A stretch of 64,000 bases of DNA, taken from the NCBI GenBank assembly GCA_964524645.1, contig CAZGEC010000002.1, positions 93,076 to 157,075 of the forward strand, read 5' to 3'. The stretch is from an uncultured Fibrobacteraceae bacterium (GTDB lineage: Bacteria; Krumholzibacteriota; Krumholzibacteriia; LZORAL124-64-63). The notes below the pieces were generated by a model. The model was not told the origin of the DNA and did no database searches. It was given only the letters and a program-made list of their open reading frames with translations. Numbering within the stretch: the stretch's first letter is position 1; every line of letters begins with the position of its first letter. The translations under genes were made by a program, and so were the position numbers. This document shows positions 49,556 to 62,812 of this stretch, in pieces.

Positions 49556-50383
49556 CTAGCGATAGAGCCCCTTGATGTGGCCGAAGCTCTGCTGCTCGCT
49601 GGGCACCGCACAGCCGGTCAGCGGGAAGCCGTCCGCGAAGGGTTCCAGCTTCCAGTCGTCGAAGCTGTAGGTCCACATGCCCAGGCCCCAGTTGGCGCAG
49701 TCGCCCACGTTCAGGACCGTCTCGTCGTACCAGTAGTCGTCGAACCAGATGACTGTCGTGCCGTCCTCGCTGCTGATGGCCTTCCACTCGCCGTAGGTGA
49801 GCAGCTCGGTGACGATGAATCCGTCGCTGATCCAGACGATGCTGCTCTCGTAGGGCTCGGGATCGGCCATGATCGCGGCAGCCGTCACGACGAGCGGCGG
49901 GGGCACATCGGCGGTGCCGATGACCAGGAAGTAGGCGGCGGGATCCGAGGCCGTGTAATCCGCCACGTCGAGCTCGGTCAGATCGTAGTACTCGTCGTAC
50001 ACCCCGTAGACGTCGACCAGGTCGCCGATCTGGGCCGTGTGGCCCGCGCCCAGGTAGACCCAGACGCTGTTGCCGGGGCCGTAGGGAGCCTCGGAGATGA
50101 CGCAGCCGTAGGTGGCCACGGCCGTCACGACCGCACCGGGCACCAGCACGTACTCGCCTTCGACGTAGGCGCCGCCGATCTGCAGATCGTAGATGGGGCC
50201 GGCCTGGACGGCGCCGGCGCAGAGCAGGAGGATCGAGACGATAACCAGCTTCTTCATGAGAAAAACCTCCCCCGGGGTTGGGCCCCATGGTCCTGGGGCG
50301 TCATGGTGTCGCTGGGCGATGAACGGGACGAGCCGAGACCGACGCGGGTGCGGACGCCGGGTGACCAGTCCCCCCCAATACAT
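49556..50383 (-). CDS. Secreted protein of the GxKxxYR-tail family
   Basis: Signal peptide MKKLVIVSILLLCAGAVQA. Ends QSFGHIKGLYR-COOH. Confidence 0.75.
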   Translation of the reverse strand: MYWGGLVTRRPHPRRSRLVPFIAQRHHDAPGPWGPTPGEVFLMKKLVIVSILLLCAGAVQAGPIYDLQIGGAYVEGEYVLVPGAVVTAVATYGCVISEAPYGPGNSVWVYLGAGHTAQIGDLVDVYGVYDEYYDLTELDVADYTASDPAAYFLVIGTADVPPPLVVTAAAIMADPEPYESSIVWISDGFIVTELLTYGEWKAISSEDGTTVIWFDDYWYDETVLNVGDCANWGLGMWTYSFDDWKLEPFADGFPLTGCAVPSEQQSFGHIKGLYR

Positions 50384-50495
50384 TTGGCATTATATCAGAT
50401 CATACGGGCTTTCGAACCGATTTTCGCGATGATCATGCGCTTCGTGACGCCGAAGAACCCGGGTCGAGGAGGGTGAGGGGGCGGCACCGAACCCG

Positions 50496-50864
50496 CTACT
50501 GCTGAATTCCCGGGGCGAAGCCCTGGATGATGTCCGGTCGGTAGGCCTGCGTGTCCATCAGGGCGAAACCGATGAACAGGATCACGAAGAGGATGGCGCC
50601 CAGGAAGATGAAGCCGTGGAAGACCCAGTCGTAGCGCAGGTGCATGAAGAAGAGGGCCACGAGGGTGGCCTTCAGACCGGCGATCACGATCGCCACCCAG
50701 AGGGCGCTGCCGCCCAGGTCGAGGTAGGTGACGCCGACGGTCAGGACGGTCAGGCCGATCAGGGTGACGAACACCGCGAATAAGATGCGCAGGGGCACGA
50801 TGTGCGCGCGGGGTGCGGCCTGCTCGGCCGGGGCCGCCGGTACGGTCGGATCGTGGTCGCTCAC
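50496..50864 (-). CDS. Cytochrome c oxidase subunit IV (caa3-type small subunit)
   Basis: Two or three TM helices. Positioned downstream of coxC. Confidence 0.6.
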   Translation of the reverse strand: MSDHDPTVPAAPAEQAAPRAHIVPLRILFAVFVTLIGLTVLTVGVTYLDLGGSALWVAIVIAGLKATLVALFFMHLRYDWVFHGFIFLGAILFVILFIGFALMDTQAYRPDIIQGFAPGIQQ

Positions 50865-50926
50865 GGTCGTCGCTCCCTGTTCTGGCGGCCGCCGGGCCTG
50901 CTCGCGGCCGCGCCGGCCACGTCCCG

Positions 50927-51780
50927 CTAGTGGATCAGGTAGAGCAGCGGGAAGAGAAAGATCCAGATCACGTCCACCAGATGCCAGTACAGGCCTCCGA
51001 AGTCCACCGGCGCGAAGTAGTTGCGTCCGAAGTCACCGCGGCGCGCCCGGACCAGGAGCCAGACAATCACGACCATGCCGGCGATCACGTGCAGCCCGTG
51101 CAGGCCGGTCATGGCGAAGTAGATGCCGAAGAAGATGTGCACGTTGCGGGGCACGGGGCCCGCACGGGCCGCGTCCGCGTGGGCGGGCGGAGCGGGCGCG
51201 GGCGCGGCCAGACCGCCGGGGCCGACCGCCGAGGGCGGCACGTTCGAGGCGTCCACCGATGGTGCCTGCTCCGCCGGCCCGGTCGCCGCGGCGCCGGCCG
51301 CGGTCGTCCCGTGCGCCTCCGCGGCGTGCCGCTCGACGCTCTCGTAGTCGAAACGCTTGCCCCACAGCAGGCCGTGCTTCCACTTCTGGTTGTACTCGAC
51401 GGCCTTGATGCCCAGGAAGCCGCAGGCGCAGAGCAGGGTCACGGCCAGCAGGGCCATTAGCAGGCGGCGCTGGCCGAGCTGGGCGGCCCGCACGGCCCAG
51501 GCCATGGTCAGGCTGCTGAACAGGAGCACCACCGTGTTGATCCCGCCGAGGGTCTTGTCCAGGAAGGTGTGGGCGTAGAGGAAGATCTCCGGGTGGTTGG
51601 CCCGGTAGACCGCGTAGGCGCAGAACAGGCCGCCGAACAGGAGGATCTCGGTCACCAGGAAGAGCCAGATCCCCAGCTTGCCGGAGGTGTACTGCTGCTC
51701 GAGGTCGGCGAAGTGATGCGCCAGGCGCGGCCGGCCCGCGTAGCCGACGTTCCCACCGGTTCCGCCGTGCTCGGTGGACA

Positions 51781-51784
<4 letters not shown>
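50927..51784 (-). CDS. coxC: Cytochrome c oxidase subunit III
   Basis: CoxIII helices with conserved His and Glu. Start overlaps the coxA stop. Confidence 0.85.
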
Positions 51785-53445
<1,661 letters not shown>

Positions 53446-54465
53446 CTAGGGGACCTCCTGCGCTCCGCTGGCGAGCTGCTTCAGATAGGCGATGATGGCG
53501 GTGATCTCGCGGTCGGAGAGCTTGCCCTGGTAGGTGGGCATGACCGGCTCGAAGCCGGCCACCACCTTGGCCTGGGGATCGAGGATCGACTCGCGGACGT
53601 AGTTCTCCTCGACGGTGACCTCGGCGCCGCCCCGCAGGGCCTGCCGGTGTCCGTACAGATCCCGGAAGGAGGGTCCGATGCCGCCCGCACCGTCCACCGA
53701 ATGGCACTGGGCGCAGCCCTTGGTCTTGTAGAGCCGCTCGCCCGCCTCGGCGGGCGACAGGGTGTCGAGGAAGTTCGAGGCCTTGGCCAGCCAGGTCTCG
53801 AAGCCGCCGGGCTCGTGGACCACCGTCCAGGTCTGCATGTCCGAGTGGCCGGTGCCGCAGTACTCGGCGCAGAGCAGCAGATACTGGCCCGGTTCGATGG
53901 CACGGAACCAGGCGGTGCTGTAGCGCCCGGGGACGGCGTCCTTCTTGATGCGGAAGGCCGGGATGTAGAGGCTGTGGATGACGTCCTCGGAGGTCAGGAC
54001 CAGCTTCACGGGCTCGTCCACCGGGACGTGCAGCTCGTCCGAGACGAAGCCGCTGGGATAGGTGAAGAACCACTTCCACTTCTGGCCCGTGACCTGGATC
54101 TCGTAGCTGTTGGCGGGCGGCGTGGCCATGTCGAGGAAGCGCTGGAAGCCGAGGGCGAAGATCACGATGACGATGATGATGGGGATGATGCTCCAGGTCA
54201 GTTCCAGCTTCAGGTTGTGGCTGGGCGACGGTTCGACCTCGCGGCCCGGCCGGCGCCGGTAGCGCAGGACGAAGAGCAGCGCCAGCACGACGATGAGCAG
54301 GAAGAAGAAGGCCGAGACCCCGAAGATGAAGTAGAAGAGGTGGTCCACCGCGCCGGCCTCGCTGGAGGCCCGCTGCGGCAGCCAGAAATCCCCTCTTTGC
54401 TGGGCCAGCAGCACCGGCCCCAGCAGCGCCGAAAAGCCAGCCGTCAAGCTCCACCCGTTGCTCAA
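53446..54465 (-). CDS. coxB: Cytochrome c oxidase subunit II with a fused C-terminal cytochrome c domain (caa3-type)
   Basis: CuA site CAEYCGTGHSDM. C-terminal CAQCH. Confidence 0.9.
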   Translation of the reverse strand: MSNGWSLTAGFSALLGPVLLAQQRGDFWLPQRASSEAGAVDHLFYFIFGVSAFFFLLIVVLALLFVLRYRRRPGREVEPSPSHNLKLELTWSIIPIIIVIVIFALGFQRFLDMATPPANSYEIQVTGQKWKWFFTYPSGFVSDELHVPVDEPVKLVLTSEDVIHSLYIPAFRIKKDAVPGRYSTAWFRAIEPGQYLLLCAEYCGTGHSDMQTWTVVHEPGGFETWLAKASNFLDTLSPAEAGERLYKTKGCAQCHSVDGAGGIGPSFRDLYGHRQALRGGAEVTVEENYVRESILDPQAKVVAGFEPVMPTYQGKLSDREITAIIAYLKQLASGAQEVP

Positions 54466-55388
54466 GACCCTTCCGTTCCTCCCCGGCTACCCGCCGCACC
54501 GTCGCCGCGGGCGGACCGCCGCCGTTCGCGTCGCCAGAAGCCCGTCAGGATCCCGCCCAGCAGGAGGACGGTCACCAGGCCGCCGGCCTTCATCAGGTTG
54601 CGCGCCTCCGGCCCGTAGCGGCCCTCCTCGGCGTCGTAGTGGAAGCAAAACAGCAGCAGCCGGTCGAAGGAGGAGCCGGCCTTGCCGTCGGCCGCTTCCA
54701 CCAGCGAGAGGCGCAGCGTCTGGGGATCGAACTGGATGCCGTAGAGATAACGCGAGACGCGCCCGTCCGGCGTGCAGACGACGAGCACGGCCGCATGGGC
54801 GTACTGCTGGCGCTTCTCGTTCCAGCGAAACATGAAGCCGGCCGCGTCGCTGACCGCGTGGATGGGTTCCTCGCGTCCGGTCAGGAAGCACCAGCCCGCC
54901 GCCGCCTCCGGCCGGCCCAGCTCGCGCACGGCGTTGGCCTTCTTCAGGCTGGCCAGGGTGTGGGTCTCGGTGGGGTCGATGCTGAGGGTGACCACCCGGT
55001 AATCCTCGCCGCAGGTCCAGGACAGCTCCTGCATGGCGTCCACCAGGCCGTTCAGGACCAGCCCGCAGAGCATGGGGCAGCTGTAGTAGCCCAGGTTCAG
55101 CACGACGGGCCGCTCGCCGTCGAAGTACTGCCGCAGGGTCACCTCGCGGCCCAGCTCGTCCGTGAACACGGTGTCCAAGGGCAGGGGGGCGTCCAGGTGC
55201 TCCTCGATGCCCACACCCTCCAGGTCCTCCGGCAGCGCCTCGGCGCGGCCCTGACCCGGGGTCTCCTGGGCTGCCGCGGAGCCGACATACAGCAGGGCGA
55301 CAAGCAGGAGTAGGCCGAGTTCCATACTCGGAATTCTGGCGGTCAGGAACCGACCGCCCGGCGCCGCGCGCCTCTCGTGCTCGATCAT
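54462..55388 (-). CDS. SCO1/SenC copper chaperone with a C-terminal TM anchor
   Basis: CPMLC (CxxxC) thioredoxin-fold motif and a conserved His. Confidence 0.85.
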   Translation of the reverse strand: MIEHERRAAPGGRFLTARIPSMELGLLLLVALLYVGSAAAQETPGQGRAEALPEDLEGVGIEEHLDAPLPLDTVFTDELGREVTLRQYFDGERPVVLNLGYYSCPMLCGLVLNGLVDAMQELSWTCGEDYRVVTLSIDPTETHTLASLKKANAVRELGRPEAAAGWCFLTGREEPIHAVSDAAGFMFRWNEKRQQYAHAAVLVVCTPDGRVSRYLYGIQFDPQTLRLSLVEAADGKAGSSFDRLLLFCFHYDAEEGRYGPEARNLMKAGGLVTVLLLGGILTGFWRRERRRSARGDGAAGSRGGTEGS

Positions 55389-55396
55389 AGTTCCAC

Positions 55397-55705
55397 CTAC
55401 CGGGTAGCGTTCGCGGCCGCGTCGCGGACCTGGAGTTCCATGGCCCTCTCGATGGGGATGCCCACGATGCCCTTCTCGCGATCCAGCCAGCGGTAGCGGT
55501 GCAGATCCGCTTCCTGATCCGCGAGGGCCCGCGTCAGGTCGTCCGATCGGGGCGCCACGTTCTTCGTGTAGTACTCGTCGTGCTGGGCCTTGAAGAACCA
55601 GGCTTGCAGCAAGACGATAACGACAAACGTCAGAATGGCAAACAGAATGCCCACGACGACGATGAGGGGGGTGTCGAGGTCTTCCCTGCCGGTGGCCATG
55701 TTCAT
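55397..55705 (-). CDS. Small single-TM protein, possibly ActG-like
   Basis: Position after actF. One TM helix. Confidence 0.4.
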   Translation of the reverse strand: MNMATGREDLDTPLIVVVGILFAILTFVVIVLLQAWFFKAQHDEYYTKNVAPRSDDLTRALADQEADLHRYRWLDREKGIVGIPIERAMELQVRDAAANATR

Positions 55706-55711
55706 GCCCCC

Positions 55712-56935
55712 TTAGGCGTTCTCGAAGCGCAGGGCGTCTGCCAGGCGCGGATCGCCGCTGGGCACGAGCGAGCGGGATCCGGCCAGCCGCGCCAGGCCGG
55801 CCAGGTAGAGGCCGCCGATGCCCAGGAAGCAGCACAGGTCCAGCCAGGCGAACGGCAGCCCGCCGGGACTGTACTCCGGCATGACCACCCAGTAGAGATC
55901 GCACCAGTGCATCGCGAAGATCCAGACGGCCCACAGACCGAGCAGCCCGCGGTGGCGCTTGGCGTAGCGGGACATCAGTCCCAGGAACGGCACGAGGAAG
56001 TGCCCGAAGAGCAGGACGAGCGCCACGGCGGCCCAGCCGTGTTCCTGCCGCTGCCGCAACCAGACGGTCTCCTCGGGAATGTTCGAGTACCAGATGAGCA
56101 GGTATTGCGAGAAGGCGATGTAGGCCCAGAAGAAGACGAAGGCGAACATCAGCTTCCCGTAGTCGTGGTAGTGCTCGATGGTCACGACCCGCGCCAGGCG
56201 CCCGCCGCGCTGCAGGGCGAGGGTCAGGATGGTCAGCAGGGCGAAGAAGCCCACGAAGCCGCCCGCGAAGAAGTAGACGCCGAAGATGGTGCTGTACCAG
56301 GCCAGGTCCAGCGACATCAGCAGATCGAAGGAGGCCAGGGTCACGGTAACGGCGAAGATCACCAGCGTGGGACCGCTGAAGTTCTCCATGCGGATCGTCG
56401 CCTGCGGATCGTGACTGCTGTCCTGGCCCAGCGACCGCCGCCAGAGCCAGAGGGCCATCCCGCTCCAGATCACGAAGTAGGCTAGCCAGCGCAGGCCGAA
56501 GAAGGTGGGGTTCAGGTACGCGAGCTTGAATTCCAGGTGAGGTTCGAGGGCGGTCCGCGGCCCGGCCCAGGCGTAGACGCGCGCGAGATTCAGGAACACG
56601 GGCAAGAACAGCAATCCCAGCAGCGGCAGGTTGGCCGCCAGCAGCTCGGCCAGCCGCCGCACGACGACGCTCCAGCTCGCGCGCGTCAGGTGCTGGATGG
56701 CCACGAAGCAGAGCGCACCCAGCGAGAGGCTCAACCAGAAGGCGAAGCTCACCAGGTAGGAGAAGCTGAAGTGCCGCAGGCCGTCCCGGGCCTGCAGGCC
56801 GAGCACGAGAGCCAGACCGAGGCCGAGCCCGCCCAGGACGAGCCCGCCTGCGAAGACCCGCGGGCCCAGCGCCTCCAGGGTCGTGCGATCCTCGGCCAGG
56901 CGCGGTGGATGATGGTGGGGCAACGTCTCCTGCAT
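55712..56935 (-). CDS. actF: Alternative complex III subunit ActF (NrfD-like membrane subunit)
   Basis: Ten TM helices in NrfD/PsrC-like topology. Operon position. Confidence 0.75.
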   Translation of the reverse strand: MQETLPHHHPPRLAEDRTTLEALGPRVFAGGLVLGGLGLGLALVLGLQARDGLRHFSFSYLVSFAFWLSLSLGALCFVAIQHLTRASWSVVVRRLAELLAANLPLLGLLFLPVFLNLARVYAWAGPRTALEPHLEFKLAYLNPTFFGLRWLAYFVIWSGMALWLWRRSLGQDSSHDPQATIRMENFSGPTLVIFAVTVTLASFDLLMSLDLAWYSTIFGVYFFAGGFVGFFALLTILTLALQRGGRLARVVTIEHYHDYGKLMFAFVFFWAYIAFSQYLLIWYSNIPEETVWLRQRQEHGWAAVALVLLFGHFLVPFLGLMSRYAKRHRGLLGLWAVWIFAMHWCDLYWVVMPEYSPGGLPFAWLDLCCFLGIGGLYLAGLARLAGSRSLVPSGDPRLADALRFENA

Positions 56936-56942
56936 GTTCAGC

Positions 56943-57590
56943 TCACTTCAGCGTGGGCCGCACTTCGGGCGGCACGTCGTCCAGGGTCGCGTGGCGGGCG
57001 CGCTGCAGGGCGCGCACGTAGGCCACGATGGCCCAGCGGTCCTCGGGCGGGATCTGGGGACCGTAGGCCGGCATGTTGCGCAGACCGTGGGTGATCGTGT
57101 TGAACAGGTGCCCGTCCGGCCGCTCGCGCACGGTCTCGCTGGCCAGATCGCTGGGCGGCGTCCAGGTTCCCTCGGCCAGGCGGTCGGCCCGGCGGCTGGC
57201 AGTCCCGTCTCCGGCCCCGCCTAGGCCATGGCAGGGCGTGCAGTAGATCTGGAAGCGCTGCTGGCCCCGCTGCAGGAGCGCCGCGGTGGTCGGCAGCGGC
57301 GAGCGTGGCGTCCATTCGCCCTGCGGGGTCCGGCCCGCGAGGAACAGGGGATCGCTCCGGCCCCCGGTGCGGCCCACCGTTCCCGGCACCGGCGGCCGCA
57401 GCTCGCGTCCGTCGGCGAACAGGGGATCGGCCTGCTGGGACTTGAAGCGCGGCTGGTTGTCCATGTCCGGGATGATCTGCAGCCGGGGCGCGGTCGAGCC
57501 GGTCACCCGCGCCTTGACCAGGAAGGCCATGGGCACGAAGCTGAGCGCGATCAGCAGCAGCAGCACGTAGATGACGGGGCGCGGGGGCAT
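56943..57590 (-). CDS. actE: Alternative complex III monoheme cytochrome c subunit ActE
   Basis: Single CTPCHG heme motif. N-terminal anchor. Confidence 0.8.
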   Translation of the reverse strand: MPPRPVIYVLLLLIALSFVPMAFLVKARVTGSTAPRLQIIPDMDNQPRFKSQQADPLFADGRELRPPVPGTVGRTGGRSDPLFLAGRTPQGEWTPRSPLPTTAALLQRGQQRFQIYCTPCHGLGGAGDGTASRRADRLAEGTWTPPSDLASETVRERPDGHLFNTITHGLRNMPAYGPQIPPEDRWAIVAYVRALQRARHATLDDVPPEVRPTLK

Positions 57591-57593
57591 CGG

Positions 57594-58160
57594 CTACTCC
57601 TCGACGGCTTCCACAGCCGTTCCGCCCAGGCCCTCCAGGAAGCGGCGGGTCTGCTCCGCATCGAACTGCGGATCGGCGGCCTCGACGACGATGAAGAAGC
57701 GATCGCTGGTCGCCCGCCGGAAGCGGCGGCTGCGGAACAGCGGGTGATGGAGCCGGGGCAGGCCGTTCAGGGTCCACATCGCGAAGAAGGTGGTCAGGGC
57801 GCTCACCAGGATGGTCAGCTCGAAGGTCACCGGGATGTTGGCGGGCAGCCCGAACAGCGGTTTCCCGCTGATGAGATACGGATAGCTCACCGCGTTCATC
57901 CACCACTGCATGAGCAGGGCCAGCCCGCAGCCGATCACGCCCCCCGCCAGCACCAGGAAGGGCAGCCGGGTGCCGCGGATCCCCATGGCGTCGTCCATGC
58001 CGTGGATGGGGAAGGGGCTGTGGGCGTCCCAGCGGCGGAAGCCGGCGTCGCGCACCTCCCGGCAGGCCTCCACGAGGGCGACGGGATCGTCGAACTCGAC
58101 CAGCAGGCCGTAGAGCCCGCCCTGCCCGGCGCCGGTCGCGCGCACGTCGGTCGCGCTCAT
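57594..58160 (-). CDS. actD: Alternative complex III subunit ActD (DUF3341)
   Basis: DUF3341-like sequence with two TM helices. Overlaps the actC stop. Confidence 0.75.
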   Translation of the reverse strand: MSATDVRATGAGQGGLYGLLVEFDDPVALVEACREVRDAGFRRWDAHSPFPIHGMDDAMGIRGTRLPFLVLAGGVIGCGLALLMQWWMNAVSYPYLISGKPLFGLPANIPVTFELTILVSALTTFFAMWTLNGLPRLHHPLFRSRRFRRATSDRFFIVVEAADPQFDAEQTRRFLEGLGGTAVEAVEE

Positions 58161-59647
58161 AGGTGATCCCCCCTGTGCTCCGGATGGTCGTGCATGACCG
58201 GATGCAGGTCGTGGGTCTGCGGGATGTCGCCGTGGTAGTCGCCGACCGGCCGGTGCTCGCCCTCGATCACGGCGGCCGGCATCACGGTCTTCACCTCGGC
58301 CATGGCCACCATGGGCAGGTAGCGGATGAACAGCAGGAAGAGCGTGAAGAAGAGCCCGAAGCTGCCGGCGAAGGTCAATCCGTCCACGAGGGTCGGCTTG
58401 TAGTAGTCCCAGCTGGAGGGCAGGAAGTCGCGGCTCAGGCTGGTCACCGTGATCACGAAGCGCTCGAACCACATGCCCACGTTCACCAGCACGTAGATGA
58501 TCATCATGACGGCCGTGTTCGTGCGCAGCTTCTTCGACCAGAAGAACTGCGGCACCACCACGTTGCAGGTGACCATGATCCAGTAGGCCCAGGCGTAGGG
58601 GCCGAGCGCGCGGTTGTAGAAGGTGAAGGCCTCGTCGGGATTGCCGCTGTACCAGGCCATGAAGAACTCGGTGACGTAGGCGTAGCCCACCATCGAGCCG
58701 GTCGCCAGGATGATCTTGTTCATATTCTCGAGGTGGTAGAGCGTCACGATGTCCTTCAGCCCGAACCAGCGCCGCGCCGGCACCAGCAGCGTGCCCACCA
58801 TGGCGAAGCCGCTGAAGATGGCTCCCGCCACGAAGTAGGGCGGGAAGATGGTGGTGTGCCAGCCCGGCAGCTGGCTGGTGGCGAAGTCGAAGCTCACCAC
58901 CGAGTGGACGCTCAGCACCAGGGGCGTCGCCAGGCCCGCCAGCAGCAGGTAGGCCTTCTCGTAGCGGTGCCAGTGCCGGTGCGAGGCGCGCCAGCCGAGG
59001 GCGAAGAAGCCGTAGATGATGGCCCGCAGCCGGCTGGTGGCCCGGTCGCGCAGGGTCGCCAGGTCGGGGATCATGCCGGTGTACCAGAACATGAGCGAGA
59101 CCAGCATGTAGGTCCCCACGGCGAAGACGTCCCAGAGCAGCGGGCTGCGGAAGTTGGGCCAGACGGTCTGGTAGTTGGGCAGCGGAAAGAGCCAGTGGAC
59201 CACCCAGATCCGTCCCACGTGCACGGCGGGGAAGATCCCGGCGCAGATGACGGCGAAGATGGTCATGGCCTCGGCGAAGCGGTTGATGCTGGTCCGCCAT
59301 TTCTGGCGCAGGAGGAAGAGGATGGCCGAGATCAGCGTCCCCGCGTGTCCGATGCCGACCCAGAAGACGAAGTTGACGATGGCCCAGCCCCAGCCCACCG
59401 GGATGTTCACGCCCCAGACCCCCACCCCGGTGAGGATCAGATAGGCCAGCATGGCGAAGAGCACGGCGGTCAGGAAGCTGGCGACGCCGAAGGCCACGTA
59501 CCAGGCCCGCGGCGGCCGCGGCTTCTCCGCGATGCCGCTGATCTTCTCGGTCACGCTGGTGAAGTCGTTGCCCCCCAGCACCAGCGGCGTCGGGCGGGTG
59601 GGATCGTCGATCGTGTTGTCGATCTCGACCACGGCCACGCTGCTCAT
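58157..59647 (-). CDS. actC: Alternative complex III subunit ActC (NrfD/PsrC-like quinol-binding membrane subunit)
   Basis: Ten TM helices. NrfD-family motifs. Confidence 0.85.
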   Translation of the reverse strand: MSSVAVVEIDNTIDDPTRPTPLVLGGNDFTSVTEKISGIAEKPRPPRAWYVAFGVASFLTAVLFAMLAYLILTGVGVWGVNIPVGWGWAIVNFVFWVGIGHAGTLISAILFLLRQKWRTSINRFAEAMTIFAVICAGIFPAVHVGRIWVVHWLFPLPNYQTVWPNFRSPLLWDVFAVGTYMLVSLMFWYTGMIPDLATLRDRATSRLRAIIYGFFALGWRASHRHWHRYEKAYLLLAGLATPLVLSVHSVVSFDFATSQLPGWHTTIFPPYFVAGAIFSGFAMVGTLLVPARRWFGLKDIVTLYHLENMNKIILATGSMVGYAYVTEFFMAWYSGNPDEAFTFYNRALGPYAWAYWIMVTCNVVVPQFFWSKKLRTNTAVMMIIYVLVNVGMWFERFVITVTSLSRDFLPSSWDYYKPTLVDGLTFAGSFGLFFTLFLLFIRYLPMVAMAEVKTVMPAAVIEGEHRPVGDYHGDIPQTHDLHPVMHDHPEHRGDHL

Positions 59648-59663
59648 GGGCCCTCCGTCGGGA

Positions 59664-62600
59664 TCAGTGATGGTCGGCGTCGCCGCCGGCGTCCTCGCCT
59701 GCGGCCGTCGCCAGCTCCGGATTCGGGTTGCGGACGCGCGCCAGGTACGCGGTGCGCGGCTTGACGTTGAGCTCCGCCAGCATGCGGTAAGCCCGCTGCT
59801 CGGCCTGGAGCCCGGCCACCCGGCTCGCGGGATCGTTCAGGTCGCCGAAGACGATGGCCTGCGTCGGACAGGTCTGGGCACAGGCGGGCACGATCTCGCC
59901 GTCGCCGAGGATCCGCCGCTCGTTCTTGGCCCGGATCTTGGCCTTCTGGATCCGCTGCACGCAGTAGGTGCACTTCTCCATGACGCCGCGGGAGCGGACC
60001 GTGACCTCGGGATTGTAGGCCATCTTCTGCGTCTCCGTCAGGTGCTTCTGGTAGTTGAAGAAGTTGAAGCGCCGCACCTTGTAGGGGCAGTTGTTCGAGC
60101 AGTAGCGCGTCCCCACGCAGCGATTGTAGACCATCACGTTGAGGCCTTCCTCGCTGTGCACGGTGGCCGCCACGGGACAGACCTGCTCGCAGGGGGCGTT
60201 CTCGCACTGGACGCAGGCCACCGGCTGATGCGCCACCCGGGGGTTCTCCGGCTCCCCGCGGAAGTAGCGGTCCAGGCGCAGCCACTGCATCTCGCGCCCC
60301 TTGCCGACCTGCTTCTTGCCCACCACCGGGATGTTGTTCTCGGCCTGGCAGGCCACCACGCAGGCGTTGCAGCCGATGCAGGAGTTCAGGTCGATCGCCA
60401 TGCCCCAGCGGTGACCCTCGCTCCGGCGCTCCTGCCAGAGCGAGACCAGCGGCGGGTGGTGCGGTCCGAGATGGACGGCGAAATCGGGATGCTCGCGGTA
60501 CTCGGCCAGGTCGGCCTCACGCACCAGGGGCCCGATGCGCTGCCGGCGCTCGTCGGCGCCGAGGGTGTCGATGGCGTGATGATCCTGCGTGCAAGCCAGG
60601 TTGTGCCTGCGCCCGCTGCGGGTCAGCCGCAGGCCGGGTCCGCCCCAGAACTTGAGCCCGTGCCGCAGCCCGTTCACGTCCACGCCCACGCCGTCGCCCA
60701 CGCGCCCGGCGGCCGTTCGCCCATAGCCGAGCAGGACCGTCACCGACCAGGCCGCCTGCCCGGGCAGGACGTAGACCGGCAGCTCCGCCTGGCGGCCCTC
60801 CCACTGCAGCCGCACCACGTCACCCTGCCCGACGCCCAGGGCCGCGGCCGTGGCGGGGCCCAGCAGGGCTGCGTTGTCCCAGGTCAGCTTGGTCAAGAAA
60901 TCGGGCAGCTCCTGGAGCCAGGCGTTGTTGGCGAAGCGCCCGTCGAAGAGCTTGCCGTCCGGGGCGAACACCAGCTCCAGGTTGTTGCGATCCAGCCGCA
61001 CCCGGCCCAGCTCCTGCGCTTCCTGCAGCCCCTTGGTCAGGTTGGGGCCCACCAGGGGGGAGCGGAAGCGCGCCGGCACCTCGGGGGCCGCTGAGCCGGC
61101 GAGCCAGCCCGCCCGCAGGAAGGCTTGCCAACGCGCCTCGAAGTCCGGATCGTCCGCCGGCACCTCACCGCGGCCGCCCGTCTCCTGGTGGAAGGCGCGG
61201 CGCACCAGGTCGTGGGCGGTCCGGGCCGGCTGCTCCAGCAGCAGCGAGAGCAGCTCCGCGGGCGTGCGGCCCCCGTAGAGCGGTTCGATCAGCGGCTGCG
61301 CGGCCGCCAGGCTGCCGTCCGGATTGCGCAGGTCGCTCCAGGCCTCCAGGGCGTGAGCGCGCGGCAGGTGCCAGGTGCAGGCCCGCGAGGTCTCGTTGCG
61401 GTAAAGGCTCAGATGGATGCTGGTGCCGACCTTGCCCAGCGCCTCGGCGAAGCTCACGCCGCCCGGCAGATTGCCGGGAGCGTCGTAGGCCGGATTGCCG
61501 CCGAGGATCAGCAGGGTCGTCACCTGGCCGCGGCTCATGCGGTAGACGAGGTTGCCCATGGCGCGGTGGTGGTAGGGCCGCAGCTCGGGGTCGGCCCGCA
61601 GGTGGACCGTGCGCCCGACGTTCTCCAGGGCCGCGTTCATCAGGAAGCAGAGAGCGTGGGCGAAGGGCGGCTGGGTCGGGCCGGCGGCCAGCAAGCTCGC
61701 GCCCCGGCTCGCCAGGAGGTCGCGGGCCACGGCCGCGGTCGCCGCCGGGCGCAGCGGATGGTCCAGGAAAGGCCGCAGCAGGTGGGCGACGTACCCGGTG
61801 TTGGGGGGTAGCGCCAGGTCCTGGTTCAGGAACAGCTCGGCGGCCAGGCAGGCGGCCACGATCGGCACCTGGCAGGTCGGCGTCGGGAAGCGGTGATCCG
61901 CCATGACGCCGGTCAGGCTGTAGCCGCTCTCGAAGGCGTAGAGCCGGCTCATCTGCTCGGCGTCGGGATGCCGGCTCCGGGCGAGCTGGCGGGCATTGTG
62001 CAGGGCGGTCGGGTGGCCCCGCAGCAGGTCCACGTCGAAGGCCACGATCGCGCGGGCCCCGCTCAGGTCCAGCCGCACGCGATGCGGCTCGCTGAAGGCC
62101 ATGACCGTGCCCTCGCGCTCGCTGTCGGTCGAGACGGCCTCGTACTCGTACCAGCGCGTCTGGGGCATCCGCGCCAGCAACTCCTCCCGCAGGCGCGCCA
62201 CGCTGGGGGAGGTGGTGGCCTCGACGAGGACGGCCAGTCCCTGCCCCTTCTGCGGTTCCAGCTCGGCGAAGTGCTGCTTGGCGAAGACCGCGAAGGCCTC
62301 CCAGTCCTGGTTCAGGACCTGGTGCCCGGATCGCTGGACCACGGTCTGGCTGCGGTCGGGGTCGTAGAGCTCGAGGATGCTGGCCTGGGCGAACACGTCG
62401 GCGGCGCCCAGGCTGCAGGGATGCTCCGGATTGCCCTCGACCTTGATGGGGCGCCCGTCGTAGCTGGTGACCAGCAGCCCGGCCGCGACGCCGGCGATCT
62501 CCAGGCTGGTGGCGAATTGCCGGGTTTCCCCCGGCACGTACCCCTCGGGCCGGTGGGCGAAGGGAACGATCTTCTCCTCCGGCCAGCGGCAGCCAGCCAG

Positions 62601-62789
62601 TCCGGCCAGGGCGAGCGAGGCCGACATCAGCTGCAGGAAGCGACGCCGGGAGAGGCCGTCCTGCCGCACGTCGGCGGCGTCGGGAAACTCGGCCGCCAGG
62701 TGCCGGGAGAACTCGGGACGGCCGGCCAGCTCCTCCAGGCTGCGCCAGTAGCCGCCCCGCGGATCGGTGGATGCTTCGCGCGCTGCCAT
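59664..62789 (-). CDS. actB: Alternative complex III subunit ActB (molybdopterin-oxidoreductase-like plus 4Fe-4S ferredoxin-domain fusion) with a Tat signal
   Basis: Tat motif [21 protein letters not shown]. MopB-like N-terminus. C-terminal [20 protein letters not shown] clusters. Confidence 0.85.
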   Translation of the reverse strand: MAAREASTDPRGGYWRSLEELAGRPEFSRHLAAEFPDAADVRQDGLSRRRFLQLMSASLALAGLAGCRWPEEKIVPFAHRPEGYVPGETRQFATSLEIAGVAAGLLVTSYDGRPIKVEGNPEHPCSLGAADVFAQASILELYDPDRSQTVVQRSGHQVLNQDWEAFAVFAKQHFAELEPQKGQGLAVLVEATTSPSVARLREELLARMPQTRWYEYEAVSTDSEREGTVMAFSEPHRVRLDLSGARAIVAFDVDLLRGHPTALHNARQLARSRHPDAEQMSRLYAFESGYSLTGVMADHRFPTPTCQVPIVAACLAAELFLNQDLALPPNTGYVAHLLRPFLDHPLRPAATAAVARDLLASRGASLLAAGPTQPPFAHALCFLMNAALENVGRTVHLRADPELRPYHHRAMGNLVYRMSRGQVTTLLILGGNPAYDAPGNLPGGVSFAEALGKVGTSIHLSLYRNETSRACTWHLPRAHALEAWSDLRNPDGSLAAAQPLIEPLYGGRTPAELLSLLLEQPARTAHDLVRRAFHQETGGRGEVPADDPDFEARWQAFLRAGWLAGSAAPEVPARFRSPLVGPNLTKGLQEAQELGRVRLDRNNLELVFAPDGKLFDGRFANNAWLQELPDFLTKLTWDNAALLGPATAAALGVGQGDVVRLQWEGRQAELPVYVLPGQAAWSVTVLLGYGRTAAGRVGDGVGVDVNGLRHGLKFWGGPGLRLTRSGRRHNLACTQDHHAIDTLGADERRQRIGPLVREADLAEYREHPDFAVHLGPHHPPLVSLWQERRSEGHRWGMAIDLNSCIGCNACVVACQAENNIPVVGKKQVGKGREMQWLRLDRYFRGEPENPRVAHQPVACVQCENAPCEQVCPVAATVHSEEGLNVMVYNRCVGTRYCSNNCPYKVRRFNFFNYQKHLTETQKMAYNPEVTVRSRGVMEKCTYCVQRIQKAKIRAKNERRILGDGEIVPACAQTCPTQAIVFGDLNDPASRVAGLQAEQRAYRMLAELNVKPRTAYLARVRNPNPELATAAGEDAGGDADHH

Positions 62790-62812
62790 GATCTCCAGTC
62801 TCTCGCCCGACG